From: an uncultured candidatus Porisulfidus sp.
GTDB taxonomy: Bacteria > Pseudomonadota > Gammaproteobacteria > Poriferisulfidales > Oxydemutatoraceae
Reading direction: 5' to 3'
NCBI GenBank assembly: GCA_965215125.1
Contig: OZ244052.1
Span: 544,001-608,000, forward strand
DNA length: 64,000 nucleotides
Part shown: positions 43,176 through 54,042 of the stretch, in pieces
Position numbering within the stretch: position 1 is the first letter of the stretch
Layout: each line of letters opens with the position of its first letter
Made by a program: the position numbers and the translations under genes
Notes under the pieces: generated by a model
What the model was told of the DNA's origin: nothing
Databases searched by the model: none
What the model saw: only the letters and a program-made list of their open reading frames with translations

Positions 43176-44669
43176 ATGATGATAAAACGACTGCTGGTAT
43201 TTTTTGCAAGCATCTTATTGACTGGATGTTATGCTATAGGGATAAATAATTTAGAACCAAATTATGCTAAGGCGATTGAGTCAAGCTCGGATGATGCTAT
43301 TGCCTACATTAATCGAGGGAATGTTAAACATAATTTAGGCGATTATGAAGATGCAATCGCTGATTATGATAGGGCGATTAAGTTAGACCCGGATGATGCT
43401 CTTGCTTACTATAATCGGGCGGTTTCTAAAGGGGAATTAGGCAATTATGAAGATGCAATCGCTGATTATGATAGGGCGATTAAGTTAGACCCGGATGATG
43501 CTCTTGCCTACTATAATCGGGCGGTTTCTAAAGGGGAATTAGGCAATTATGAAGATGCAATCGCTGATTATGATAGGGCGATTAAGTTAGACCCGGATGA
43601 TGCTCTTGCCTACTATAATCGAGGGGTTAATAAATATAATTTAGGCTATTATGAAGATGCAATCGCTGATTATGATAGGGCGATTAAGTTAGACCCGGAT
43701 GATGCTCTTGCCTACTATAATCGGGCGGTTTCTAAAGGGGAATTAGGCAATTATGAAGATGCAATCGCTGATTATGATAGGGCGATTAAGTTAGACCCGG
43801 ATGATGCTCTTGCCTACTATAATCGAGGGGTTAATAAATATAATTTAGGCAATTATGAAGATGCAATCGCTGATTATGACAGGGCGATTAAGTTAGACCC
43901 GGATGATGCTCTTGCCTACACTAATCGGGGGATTTCTAAAGAGAAATTAGGCGATTATGAAGATGCAATCGCTGATTATGACAGGGCGATTAAGTTAGAC
44001 CCGGATGATGCTCTTGCCTACACTAATCGGGGGATTTCTAAAGAGAAATTAGGCGATTATGAAGATGCAATCGCTGATTATGACAGAGCGATTGAGTTAG
44101 ACTCGGATGACGCTCTTGCTCACACTAATCGGGGGGCTGCTAAAGAGAAATTAGGCTACTATGAAGATGCAATCGCTGATTATGATAGGGTGATTGAGTT
44201 AGACCCGGATGATGCTATTGCCTACATTAATCAGGGGGTTGCTAAAGAGAAATTAGGCAATTATGAAGATGCAATCGCTGATTATGACAGGGCGATTGAG
44301 TCAGACCCGGATAATTCTTTTGCCTACAATAATCGGGCGATTTCTAAAGGGAAATTAGGCAATTATGAAGATGCAATCGCTGATTATGACAGGGCGATTG
44401 AGTTAGACCCGGATTTTGCTATTGCCTACTATAATCGAGGGACTGCTAAAGAGAAATTAGGCAATTATGAAGATGCAATCGCTGATTATGACAGGGCGAT
44501 TGAGTTAGACCCGGATAATTCTTTTGCCTACAATAATCGGGCGATTTCTAAAGGGAAATTAGGCTATTATGAAGATGCAATCGCTGATTATGACAGGGCG
44601 ATTGAGTTAGACCCGGATAACACTACTGTTCGTAACAATCGAGAAAGGTTACTTAAAGATAAGGAATAA
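43176..44669 (+). CDS. TPR lipoprotein with 13 near-identical 102-bp repeats
   Basis: Signal peptide with lipobox LLTGC; AGGAG RBS; 13 TPRs. Confidence 0.9.
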   Translation: MMIKRLLVFFASILLTGCYAIGINNLEPNYAKAIESSSDDAIAYINRGNVKHNLGDYEDAIADYDRAIKLDPDDALAYYNRAVSKGELGNYEDAIADYDRAIKLDPDDALAYYNRAVSKGELGNYEDAIADYDRAIKLDPDDALAYYNRGVNKYNLGYYEDAIADYDRAIKLDPDDALAYYNRAVSKGELGNYEDAIADYDRAIKLDPDDALAYYNRGVNKYNLGNYEDAIADYDRAIKLDPDDALAYTNRGISKEKLGDYEDAIADYDRAIKLDPDDALAYTNRGISKEKLGDYEDAIADYDRAIELDSDDALAHTNRGAAKEKLGYYEDAIADYDRVIELDPDDAIAYINQGVAKEKLGNYEDAIADYDRAIESDPDNSFAYNNRAISKGKLGNYEDAIADYDRAIELDPDFAIAYYNRGTAKEKLGNYEDAIADYDRAIELDPDNSFAYNNRAISKGKLGYYEDAIADYDRAIELDPDNTTVRNNRERLLKDKE

Positions 44670-44918
44670 ATTCTACTTGATTTTCCCCATTTTTAGGGCC
44701 ACCTGCAAAGTCAGTTTTCATGCTATTGCCTACGCAAATACACGAGGGGGTTGATAACCCGGTGCGCTGTGCGAACGGACTTCATTATAATCTGTGCACC
44801 AGGCTTCTATAATCTCTCTTGCCTCTTTTATTGAACGAAACTGACCTTACCCCCCAAAACTGGGCCATGACAAAGATGAGATTTCCAGTTAAATTAGTAA
44901 ACAACAGGAGGTTTCAAA

Positions 44919-45182
44919 ATGAATAAACGATATACAGAAGAGCAAATTATCGGTGCGATCAAATCGCACGAGGCAGGTCGCAGCACAGAGGACATTTGCC
45001 GAGAACTCGGTATAGCGCATGGCACCTTTTACAACTGGCGTAGCAAATATGCCGGGTTAGAAGTCAATGATGCCAAGCGATTAAAGAACCTTGTATCGGA
45101 GAATAACCGACTCAAGAAACTACTCGGCGAGCAACTATTAGAAATCACCGCCCTCAAGGATGTGCTATCAAAAAAGTGGTGA
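44919..45182 (+). CDS. IS3 transposase OrfA
   Basis: Near-identical to 41781-42044. Confidence 0.93.
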   Translation: MNKRYTEEQIIGAIKSHEAGRSTEDICRELGIAHGTFYNWRSKYAGLEVNDAKRLKNLVSENNRLKKLLGEQLLEITALKDVLSKKW

Positions 45183-45994
45183 CCCCGGCAAGCAAAAGAA
45201 GCGTTGTTGCAGAGCTGAATACCCATTGGAGTTTGAGTGAGAGGCGCAGTTGCGAGCTGGTCGGGATAAGCCGTAGTAGTTATCACTATCGAACACAGCC
45301 GCGTTGTGATGCAGAGATTAGAAGTCGCTTGTGCGAGTTGGCAAGCAAGTATCCACGCTATGGCTATTTGCTACTCTACCGTTTGCTACGAGAGGCAGGC
45401 TTTGTAGTGAATAAAAAACGGGTTCACCGCATCTACAAAGAAGCGAGACTGCAAGTACCCAAAAGACTGCGCAAGAAGCTCATCCGCACGAGGCAACGGC
45501 AGGCATTGCCTGAACAGGTGAATTGTCGCTGGTCAATGGACTTTGTGCATGATCGGTTAAGCGACGGCAGGTCGTTTAGGATATTCAATGTGATGGACGA
45601 TTACAGTCGCGAACTGATCGGTCAATTCGCTGGTTTTTCGATTAGCAGTGGGCAAGTGGTGAGATGTTTAGAGCAACTCATCGCCGAGCGAGGTTGTCCG
45701 CAAAGCATCGTCTGCGACAACGGGCCGGAGTTCACTAGTAAAAAGATGCAGGTCTGGTCGCAAGATAGCGGCGTGGAACTATACTTTATTCAACCGGGTA
45801 AACCGACCCAGAATGCTTTGGTGGAAAGCCTGAACGGTAAGTTTAGAGACAATTGCCTTAACCAGCACTGGTTCCGCAGCCTTCAGGAAGTGCGTCATAT
45901 TATTGAACAGTGGCGATACCACTATAACCATGAACGCCCGCATAGCTCATTAGATTATATGACCCCGGTAGCATTCGCCACACGTGTTGCGTAG
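45176..45994 (+). CDS. IS3 transposase OrfB
   Basis: Near-identical to 42038-42856. Confidence 0.93.
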   Translation: MVTPASKRSVVAELNTHWSLSERRSCELVGISRSSYHYRTQPRCDAEIRSRLCELASKYPRYGYLLLYRLLREAGFVVNKKRVHRIYKEARLQVPKRLRKKLIRTRQRQALPEQVNCRWSMDFVHDRLSDGRSFRIFNVMDDYSRELIGQFAGFSISSGQVVRCLEQLIAERGCPQSIVCDNGPEFTSKKMQVWSQDSGVELYFIQPGKPTQNALVESLNGKFRDNCLNQHWFRSLQEVRHIIEQWRYHYNHERPHSSLDYMTPVAFATRVA

Positions 45995-46647
45995 CGTAAG
46001 GCTTGTTTAGTAGTTATGAAACGAGCTAAAAATCAGCAGCTAGTAGAGGTCATCTCGACTAGAGATCGTCGCTTAAAGGCGCATTATGAGGCTGGTTTTT
46101 TAGTTGCAAGACTTCAATTTAGGCAACAACATAGGATTTTGTCTAAATTGCCACTGAACGAGAATAACCAACCCATATTGGAATGCGAGCTTGGAAATCT
46201 AGCTTTATTTAAGATTTTATTAGCATAAGGCACAGAGGTGACTTATAATACAGATCTCATTTAAGTTTTGGCCCTGAAAATGGGGGAAGGTCAAAACCAG
46301 AACTGGTGCAGACAACCGTCTCGGAACTTGCCGTTGAAACTTTCTACAAAGGCATTCCGGGTCGGTTTGCCGGGTTGAATAAAGTCCAATTCCACCTGCT
46401 GGTCTCGGCTCCAGTGGAATATTGCCTTGCATCTAAACTCGATGCCATTGTCGCAGACGACACAGCTTCTTGAGCTTGCCGTTCTCAACTTCAAGCTCTC
46501 GCAGGCGTTTGGCTTCCGATACTTCCATGCCATTATACTTGCTGCGCCAGCGATAAAATGTCTTCTCGGCGATGCCTAGATCACGACAGATATCTACTAC
46601 TTTCATACCGGCTTCGTTTGACCACATTAAGTTGATGTACAGTGTCA

Positions 46648-46733
46648 TGCCGATTGACCTATCGGGCACACATGCGAGTCTGCCCCTACAAGCTCAATCG
46701 GCGGCTCTATTTTGCCCCTACAAGGAGGGGAAT
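46648..46733 (-). repeat. REP mosaic containing an uninterrupted GTAG hairpin
   Basis: Reverse complement of 46664-46692 is CTTGTAGGGGCAGACTCGCATGTGTGCCC. Confidence 0.82.
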
Positions 46734-46786
46734 AGGCGGTATTCTGTGCTACTATAGATTACATTTTCACGAAAACTAAACCGACA

Positions 46787-48151
46787 ATGTTATCTAAAAT
46801 TACTGCGATTAGTCCTATAGACGGACGATACCAGAATAAGAGCGAGGAACTTAGCGATTTTTTCAGCGAATATGCGCTGATGCGTTACCGCCTAATTGCA
46901 GAGATAGAGTGGTTTAAGTTTCTAGCTGCTCATAAGGGAATAAATGAAATCCCCGAACTTTCCGAACAAGCGGAGACATTTTTGACCAAACTAGTGGACG
47001 ACTTCGGAGAACAACAGGCGATTCAAGTCAAAACCATAGAAAAAACAACCCAGCACGATGTCAAGGCATTGGAATACTATATCGTCTCTCAAGTGCAAAC
47101 AATACCGGAACTCTCTAGGCTATCCAACTTTTTTCATTTTGCATGCACATCCGAAGATATCAACAGCACCGCTTACGGCATGATGTTCATAAATGCTCGC
47201 GGACAATGCCTGCTGCCTTGCATCCATCGCATCCGAGACAGCTTGAAAAATATGGCAACGCGTTATGCCGATGTCGCACTCTTAGCCAAAACCCACGGAC
47301 AACCGGCATCGCCGACCACGCTGGGCAAAGAAATGGCAAACTTTTGTTACCGCCTGCACGAGCAAACCAAAAAATTCGCTGCGATTAAAATAAGTGCTAA
47401 AACCAGCGGTGCGAGCGGCAATTACAACGCACACCATATCGCTTATCCCAAAGTTGATTGGCATCGCCTAAGCGAAGAGTATCTGGCATCGTTGGGATTG
47501 GCTCGCCACCCTTACAGCACACAAATAGAACCACACGATCAACTTGCCGAATTGATGGATGCGACTGCGCGTATCGCGCATATATTGTTGGACTTATGCA
47601 GAGATATTTGGCTTTATATCTCACTAGGAATATTCAGGCAGAAGACTGTAGACCAAGAGGTGGGGTCTTCAACCATGCCTCATAAGGTCAATCCTATACA
47701 TTTTGAGAATGCCGAAGGCAATTTGGGTCTTGCAGTTGCATTGGCAAGACACTTGTCGGATAAATTACCGGTGTCTCGTTGGCAACGAGATTTATCGGAT
47801 TCAACGGTGTTGCGGTCGTCGGGTACCGTCTTTGCTTATATGTTAATAGCCTTTGATTCGATAACTACGGGACTGGATAGGCTCAAAATTAATCACGAGC
47901 GGATAGCGGAAGAATTATCGGCACACCCCGAAGTACTGGGAGAAGCGATACAAACACTGCTAAGAAAATACGGTATGCAAGATGCCTACGAACAGCTCAA
48001 ACAGTTGCAACGGGGACAAGATGTATCGTTGCAGATGCTTAGACAATTTATAGAAAATACCGATTTGCCGGATAGCGATAAAAAATTATTGCTTTCTCTT
48101 GAACCAAAAAACTATACGGGCATCGCCGAACGTTTAGCTAGAAATGTATAA
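46787..48151 (+). CDS. purB: Adenylosuccinate lyase
   Basis: SPIDGRY, HFACTSED, GSSTMPHKVNP. Confidence 0.97.
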   Translation: MLSKITAISPIDGRYQNKSEELSDFFSEYALMRYRLIAEIEWFKFLAAHKGINEIPELSEQAETFLTKLVDDFGEQQAIQVKTIEKTTQHDVKALEYYIVSQVQTIPELSRLSNFFHFACTSEDINSTAYGMMFINARGQCLLPCIHRIRDSLKNMATRYADVALLAKTHGQPASPTTLGKEMANFCYRLHEQTKKFAAIKISAKTSGASGNYNAHHIAYPKVDWHRLSEEYLASLGLARHPYSTQIEPHDQLAELMDATARIAHILLDLCRDIWLYISLGIFRQKTVDQEVGSSTMPHKVNPIHFENAEGNLGLAVALARHLSDKLPVSRWQRDLSDSTVLRSSGTVFAYMLIAFDSITTGLDRLKINHERIAEELSAHPEVLGEAIQTLLRKYGMQDAYEQLKQLQRGQDVSLQMLRQFIENTDLPDSDKKLLLSLEPKNYTGIAERLARNV

Positions 48152-48199
48152 GGCTGCGGGTGGTTTGCGTAATTATGTGGTGCCAGCGGTTGCAGTTGT

Positions 48200-48246
48200 G
48201 ACCACCCCGTCAAGCTACGCTTGCCACCCCTCCGAAGGAGGGGAAT
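48200..48246 (-). repeat. REP-like unit between convergent genes
   Basis: GACCACCCCGTCAAGCTACGCTTGCCACCCCTCCGAAGGAGGGGAAT. Confidence 0.85.
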
Positions 48247-48265
48247 AGTCGGCACTTACAGGTGG

Positions 48266-49324
48266 TTATTCTTTTTCGGCGGTCAGGTCGTCAAGCTCCA
48301 TATCCAGAGAGTCGTACGTGGGGCTTAGTAGCTTGTAGTACCAATTTGCGTAGAGTTGCGATAGGTACTCGTTATCGCTTTGTATCGCTGCTCTTGTTTC
48401 TACGAGGGTGTCGTATTGCGATGCAATATCTTCATTGAACGCAACCGACACGGTCGCATAAGATTCTTCGTCCAATTGATAACTTTGCATACCGAGTTCC
48501 AAGCCGTCAAAGGTAGTGAATGTTGCGTTTATATGCTTGTCGGGTAACAAAAAGCTATCGTCTTTAGGAAATACTTCCTTGAATTGCAGATAATCAACCG
48601 CAGCGGCAATTTGTTGTATCAGGTAGTCGCTTTTCATTTTACGATCTTCGGGTAAATTTTCCAGCTTGAAGTCGCCGCCCTTTATAAGTCTCACTAAGGC
48701 CATAGTGCTTACGGTCTCGCCGTCATGTCGTTCTATGACGATGCGATGTAAATCCTCGGGTGGGATATGAATAATATATTTATCCAACCATTTATCAATC
48801 TCTATATCCAAGTCCAAACGGCGATTGATCATCCAATTACGATTTTCATCGGGCAATCGTATATATTGTCCTTGATCTAAATGTGGTGCGGCATTGCCCA
48901 CGATAAGCTGCCAGCTACGATCTGCGTCGCTAATTTCTACTAAAATGCCTGCCCCTTCCTCCGCATCGGAATCGGCAATACCGAGCTTAGGAAAATCCTC
49001 CGGACGCGAGCTCATCTCTTCTATTTTTTCCGCTTCGGATAAAGAACGCAGCAAACTGCGTATCATCGTTACATCGGCGGGAAAATCGCCTTTTTCGACG
49101 ACCTGCCAGATATCCTCGTCGCTTTTTTGTATGCTCAGGGTTTGCTCGCCCTGCTTGAGGCGCAATTCGTTCAATCGGTTAATCACATTGACTGTATCGG
49201 TTGCGATATCGGGAAAAAGTTTTTGAGGCTCTTGTGTTTTGTCTTGTTCGCGAACCAGCATAACAACGGCGGCAGCGCAAACTGCGATCGCAAGTACGAT
49301 AAAGACCAGTGTTTTAGATCTCAT
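48266..49324 (-). CDS. DUF4340-like membrane-anchored protein
   Basis: N-terminal TM, FPAD...L..L motif; last gene of a Gld-like ABC operon. Confidence 0.75.
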   Translation of the reverse strand: MRSKTLVFIVLAIAVCAAAVVMLVREQDKTQEPQKLFPDIATDTVNVINRLNELRLKQGEQTLSIQKSDEDIWQVVEKGDFPADVTMIRSLLRSLSEAEKIEEMSSRPEDFPKLGIADSDAEEGAGILVEISDADRSWQLIVGNAAPHLDQGQYIRLPDENRNWMINRRLDLDIEIDKWLDKYIIHIPPEDLHRIVIERHDGETVSTMALVRLIKGGDFKLENLPEDRKMKSDYLIQQIAAAVDYLQFKEVFPKDDSFLLPDKHINATFTTFDGLELGMQSYQLDEESYATVSVAFNEDIASQYDTLVETRAAIQSDNEYLSQLYANWYYKLLSPTYDSLDMELDDLTAEKE

Positions 49325-51279
49325 CGTCTTTGCCGACGTCGTTTAACAAATGCAAAAATTAGTGCTAAAACGGTGATTACCGCCGGCACTGCGCCGATGT
49401 TGATAATTTTAAGATCGCGCCCCAGTTGGTCTATGTCTTTAGCTAGATTATATTTAACATCGCGAAGTTGTTTGCGGGTTTGTAGCCTTTGATTTTGGAA
49501 TTTTTGGTATTCCTTCATCTGTTCGGCACTCAATAGGTTTGTACCTTTTTTGCGATCGGTGCGCTGCTCCTGTAATTCTTGCAATTTGGCTTCGGTTTCT
49601 CTGAGTTTGCTTTCCAATTCTTGTTCTACTTCTCTGTATTTGACCACAGCCCCTCGCTCTATCTCCGCCACCTTAGTAAAAGGGCGGCTAAAACTTGCAC
49701 GGCTGCGTATTCCTATTAAATCCTTGCCTCCGGTCATATTATCTATCGCGTTGATTACGAAGTCGCGGTTGTTGGCTATCGGTTGATACAGGCGTTGACC
49801 GAAAAAGTTCTGTACGACAACCCATAAACGATCGCTCAACACATCGACATCGGCAACGACAAGCAGATTTACCGGACCGTCCGATTTCGCTATATGCGGT
49901 GGTAAATCGGATTTGCTTTCGGCTGTTTTCTCTTCTTCTTCAACTTCCTCACCACTTACATCATCCTCTTCGTTTGCGCTCTCTTCGCCTTCTTCCTCTT
50001 CCTCCTCTTCTTCTTTAGGCGGGCCGTCAAATGCACTGCTAACTTCGCCTTTAAGGCGGGCAGCAATCGGATATTCTTTTTCGGAAGCACTAAACCCTTT
50101 TTCCAATTCGGACGGGTCGCTCATAAAACGCAGTATGTTCAGGGGCAACAGCGAAGATTCCTTGCTGGTGTAGATCAGCGGTGTCATTTCTATTTTGTCA
50201 TCATCCAGCACCTGCACATGCGATGCCATCGCAAAATTGACCTGCTCCAGTGCCGAAGTGACTACATCGTCTCGGTCTATACTATCTTTATTCAGACCTA
50301 AATAAAGAATGTTACGTTGCGGCCGCTGTCCCGGCACACTTATCTGCAAACCATGATTGAAGTCCGTCACTACAGTACGCTCGGCTACTTCAAAGCCCCA
50401 TTTCTTAAATAAGGTATTCAACGACGAACTCCTTATCGTTAAATCTTGCATGGGCATATCGTTCGGCAAAGGAATATCGTCTACTTCCGCAAAAGGATCT
50501 ACAAAAAAGATTGCATTGCCGCCGCGCATGACGTATTGATCGATTGCATAGAGCGTTTTATCCTTCAGGTTTTTAGGATGCACCACCATCAGCACGTCGA
50601 TCTCTTCTTCTATACGCTCGCTGTCGGTAAAGACCAATTTAACCTCAAAGAGCTGCTCTATTTGTTCTATAACCACCCACGGATTTTGTTGACTCCTGGC
50701 ACCCAAACCTTCTACCGGATACATAGGCAATGTAGACATCAAGCCTATTATCGGTTTCTCCGGATTCATCAGCGTGTAGAGCAGTTTGTCTATATCGTAT
50801 TCCAAAAAGACCTCGCGACGAGGATCTAGAAAGGGAATTTTTTCTACATCCCCGACTGCGTTACTGCCGGCAAGACCGAAGTACAACACATCGCCACTAT
50901 CTTCTAGAGGAATTCTTTGTATGCCGAAACCGGCGGCGCGGTCCTCATCCTCCGAAAAAGGTTCCGGATCTATAAAATTGAGCCTTAACTTATTGCCGGC
51001 ATAGAGCGCGTACTCTTCCAAAATCTCACGCACGCGTTGATAGTATTTACGATAATACGGGTTGTTACTGCTCGATTCCTGGGTGAAAAACAGATAGAGG
51101 TTGAGTGGCTGATCTATCGCAGATACGATATTGCGGGTACTCTCGGACAGTGTATATATTTTATTTTCGGTAAGATCTAAACGCGTGTGCTTGAACAACA
51201 TATTCGATAGAGTGATCAATACCAAAAATAATATCGCCAACAATATACAAATACTTTTAGAAGAAGATAAAAATTGCAT
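49321..51279 (-). CDS. GldG-like ABC transporter auxiliary component
   Basis: RLDLTE.K.YTLS, DQYVMRGG, C-terminal coiled coil and TM; poly-Glu insert. Confidence 0.85.
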   Translation of the reverse strand: MQFLSSSKSICILLAILFLVLITLSNMLFKHTRLDLTENKIYTLSESTRNIVSAIDQPLNLYLFFTQESSSNNPYYRKYYQRVREILEEYALYAGNKLRLNFIDPEPFSEDEDRAAGFGIQRIPLEDSGDVLYFGLAGSNAVGDVEKIPFLDPRREVFLEYDIDKLLYTLMNPEKPIIGLMSTLPMYPVEGLGARSQQNPWVVIEQIEQLFEVKLVFTDSERIEEEIDVLMVVHPKNLKDKTLYAIDQYVMRGGNAIFFVDPFAEVDDIPLPNDMPMQDLTIRSSSLNTLFKKWGFEVAERTVVTDFNHGLQISVPGQRPQRNILYLGLNKDSIDRDDVVTSALEQVNFAMASHVQVLDDDKIEMTPLIYTSKESSLLPLNILRFMSDPSELEKGFSASEKEYPIAARLKGEVSSAFDGPPKEEEEEEEEGEESANEEDDVSGEEVEEEEKTAESKSDLPPHIAKSDGPVNLLVVADVDVLSDRLWVVVQNFFGQRLYQPIANNRDFVINAIDNMTGGKDLIGIRSRASFSRPFTKVAEIERGAVVKYREVEQELESKLRETEAKLQELQEQRTDRKKGTNLLSAEQMKEYQKFQNQRLQTRKQLRDVKYNLAKDIDQLGRDLKIINIGAVPAVITVLALIFAFVKRRRQRR

Positions 51280-51285
51280 TGCTTG

Positions 51286-52020
51286 TCACCCTTGCTTTCT
51301 ATTTTCCAAGATAACGACATTGGCAGCCAGCCAAAAACCTATCATCAACATAAAATAAATCAGGTCTCTAAGATCTATCACGCCTTTGTTGATGGAACTA
51401 AAATGAGATAAAAAGCTCAACGAAGTGATCGTGTCCAGTAAGGCCTGCGGCAACCATAGCTTAAAGAAATCAATCACGAAAGGGAAATTCGTAGTAATAA
51501 ATAAAAAACAAATAACGATGCTAATGATAAACGCAATCACTTGATTGCTGGTGGTTGCGGAAATACACGAACCAATCGCTAAAAACGCACCTGCCATTAA
51601 AAAGCTGCCCAAATACGACGAGAAGATAACGCCGTTGTCCGGGGCACCCAAGTAATTGACCGTTAACCAAACCGGAAATGTCAACAACAACGCCAGTCCG
51701 GCGAATAACCACGCAGCGAGATATTTGCCCAACACCGCCTGCGTGATGCTGATCGGCAAAGTCATCAGCAACTCTATGCTACCGTTCTTTTTCTCTTCCG
51801 CCCACAAGCGCATCGATATGGCAGGGATTAAAAACAGATAAAGCCACGGGTGATATTGAAAGAAAGGCACCAAATCGGCTTGCCGACGCTCGTATAGGTT
51901 GCCCAAATAAAAAGTAAAGGTCGCAGCGAGCATCAAAAATATTATGATGAACACATAAGCGAGCGGGGTCGTGAAATAGTGCGACAATTCCCTTTTCATA
52001 ATGGCATAAATCGTCTTCAT
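51286..52020 (-). CDS. ABC-2 type permease (GldF-like)
   Basis: MRLWAEE, GSIELLMTLP, six hydrophobic helices. Confidence 0.88.
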   Translation of the reverse strand: MKTIYAIMKRELSHYFTTPLAYVFIIIFLMLAATFTFYLGNLYERRQADLVPFFQYHPWLYLFLIPAISMRLWAEEKKNGSIELLMTLPISITQAVLGKYLAAWLFAGLALLLTFPVWLTVNYLGAPDNGVIFSSYLGSFLMAGAFLAIGSCISATTSNQVIAFIISIVICFLFITTNFPFVIDFFKLWLPQALLDTITSLSFLSHFSSINKGVIDLRDLIYFMLMIGFWLAANVVILENRKQG

Positions 52021-52946
52021 GCCAAGCTACCTTCGGTTATTTTTCTAAATACATCGTCCAAGCGACCGTGTTCAAATCTTAAATCGTCAACATCGGGGGT
52101 TCTGCTCGACATCCAGCTTTCAATCTGATTATAGACATTCATTTTTTCTTGGCCCTTTACAAACACCAGCCAGCGTTTACTGAGCGTATCGTATTCCAAA
52201 GATTTGACACCGGACATAGTTTTTAGATCCGTCAAAAGCTCCTCATCTTTAGCATACAGGCTAAGCGTGTTCTGATAACGAGATTGGGTCAATAATTTAT
52301 CGGGTGTCGTGTTGATCAGCATTTTCCCCCCGGCAATAATCAATGCTCTGTTACAAACCGCTGTAACCTCCTCTAATATATGGGTGGAAATGACAACTAT
52401 TTTGCTCGCGCTTAAGGAATTGATCAAAGTTCTTACATGGTGTTTCTGATTCGGGTCCAAACCGTCGGTGGGTTCGTCCATAATCAAAACTTTAGGGTCG
52501 TGTATCAGAGCTTGAGCCAAACCGACACGCCGCTTAAAACCTTTGGATAAGGTATCTATAGGCTGCATTAATACGTCTTCGAGAGCCAGCTCTTCTATCA
52601 CATAATCCAAGCCGTTGCGCGTTTGCTCCTTACTCAACCGGCGGACTTCGGCAACGAAGTCGAGAAAGTCTCTGACCGCCATATCACCGTAGGTCGGCGC
52701 ACCTTCCGGCAAATAGCCTATCAGTTTTTTCGCTTCTATGGGATCTACGTCTATATCGTGATCGTACACGCCGATACTGCCCGAGGTCGGTTTCAGATAG
52801 CCACAAATCATCTTCATCGTCGTAGATTTTCCCGCACCGTTAGGGCCCAAAAAACCTAAGATATCGCCTGCAGCGACATTAAAACTAATGCGGTCTACCG
52901 CGACAAAACTATCAAAGCGTTTATGTAAATCTTTTACTCTTAACAT
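52017..52946 (-). CDS. ABC transporter ATP-binding protein (GldA-like)
   Basis: GPNGAGKST, LSKGF, DEPT. Confidence 0.92.
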   Translation of the reverse strand: MLRVKDLHKRFDSFVAVDRISFNVAAGDILGFLGPNGAGKSTTMKMICGYLKPTSGSIGVYDHDIDVDPIEAKKLIGYLPEGAPTYGDMAVRDFLDFVAEVRRLSKEQTRNGLDYVIEELALEDVLMQPIDTLSKGFKRRVGLAQALIHDPKVLIMDEPTDGLDPNQKHHVRTLINSLSASKIVVISTHILEEVTAVCNRALIIAGGKMLINTTPDKLLTQSRYQNTLSLYAKDEELLTDLKTMSGVKSLEYDTLSKRWLVFVKGQEKMNVYNQIESWMSSRTPDVDDLRFEHGRLDDVFRKITEGSLA

Positions 52947-53009
52947 TTTTATTGCTTATCAATCTAAGTATATTTGAAAAACCTTATTTATGGTCACACC
53001 TATATATTT

Positions 53010-53762
53010 TCAAGACCCCTGCAACATTTTTTCTAGTTTGGGAACATCCGCTTCGGTATCTACCGAAATATGCGATGATGTCGAAACGACTCCCACATAA
53101 ATCGTGCCACCATGCCATAACACCCGCAACTGCTCAAGACACTCGCTCAGTTCTATTTCCGCCTGCGCAAGCGAGGCAAAATGCTTAAGGAAATTACAAT
53201 AATATACATAAATTCCTATATGGTGCAAACCTGTTTTAGCCCCCGCAGGTAACCCTGCACGGCTAAAGTATAAAGCAAATTGCTTGCTATCGCAAACTAC
53301 GCTCACTACACTATCGGATGCTAAATCTTCCGCCGACACTTGTGTAGCAAGGGTTGCAACATCGGCACCGGGATGCATCCATAAGCATTGAACCGCAGTA
53401 CGTATGTCTTGCGGGCTTAGCAAAGGCTCGTCGCCTTGTAAATTCACGACGATTTGTTCGTCCTTCCATTTTTTGGCTACCGCTATCTCGGCACAGCGAT
53501 CGCTACCGGTTTTATGCGCCGGCGAACTCAGACACGCAATACCACCGAAACGATGAACGCAATCAATAATCCTCTGATCGTCGCTTGCGACGATAACTTC
53601 ATCGGCACCGCTTTGCACCGCATTTTCGTAGGTATATTGTATGAGCGGCTTAGCAAAAATTTTGTGCAGAGGCTTACCGGGAAAACGTTGTGATGCATAA
53701 CGCGCCGGAATGACGACCTTGAAATTAGGTAGAGATGGTCCGTTGCTTTTTATAATGCTCAT
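53010..53762 (-). CDS. kdsB: 3-deoxy-manno-octulosonate cytidylyltransferase
   Basis: [26 protein letters not shown]. Confidence 0.95.
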   Translation of the reverse strand: MSIIKSNGPSLPNFKVVIPARYASQRFPGKPLHKIFAKPLIQYTYENAVQSGADEVIVASDDQRIIDCVHRFGGIACLSSPAHKTGSDRCAEIAVAKKWKDEQIVVNLQGDEPLLSPQDIRTAVQCLWMHPGADVATLATQVSAEDLASDSVVSVVCDSKQFALYFSRAGLPAGAKTGLHHIGIYVYYCNFLKHFASLAQAEIELSECLEQLRVLWHGGTIYVGVVSTSSHISVDTEADVPKLEKMLQGS

Positions 53763-53934
53763 ATTCCTCGTCGGACAACTGCCGCGCCTCGTCCGCTATC
53801 ATCATCGGCAAACCGTCCCGTATTTCATAAGCGAGCTTCGCCGACAACGAAATCAATTCCTGTTTTTCCTTATCGTAGATCAACGCGCCTTTGGTAAGCG
53901 GGCAAACCAGAATATCAAGCAACTGTTTATCCAT
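53725..53934 (-). CDS. ycaR: Trm112/YcaR family protein
   Basis: [16 protein letters not shown]; between lpxK and kdsB. Confidence 0.9.
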   Translation of the reverse strand: MDKQLLDILVCPLTKGALIYDKEKQELISLSAKLAYEIRDGLPMMIADEARQLSDEEYEHYKKQRTIST

Positions 53935-53973
53935 AATGATGAGAATTATATACCTAAATCCGCTCTAAAGGGT

Positions 53974-54030
53974 ATTCCCCTGCTGTGGAGGGTGGCAGGC
54001 TTCGCCTGACGGGGTGGTACATTTCCCTCC
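53974..54030 (+). repeat. REP-like unit inside the lpxK-ycaR operon
   Basis: ATTCCCCTGCTGTGGAGGGTGGCAGGCTTCGCCTGACGGGGTGGT. Confidence 0.82.
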
Positions 54031-54042
54031 TACGGGTGTTTA

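Larger units (their letters stand above)
44842..46293 (+). mobile_element. IS3-family element, copy 2
   Basis: Near-identical to copy 1; 4-bp target duplication AAAC (44838-41, 46294-97). Confidence 0.95.
44678..46620 (-). pseudogene. Degenerate IS3 element, internally deleted and interrupted by IS3 copy 2
   Basis: OrfA piece (~46465-46620) fused to OrfB piece; OrfB continues across copy 2 as GCLHQFWF/RSIKEAREIIEAW..; IRR at 44678-44701. Confidence 0.85.

Noticed and set aside
41704-46293. Composite transposon formed by the two direct IS3 copies
   Set aside because: Copy 2 has its own AAAC duplication inside an older IS, and the outer flanks (CATC versus AAAC) do not match, so the copies inserted independently.
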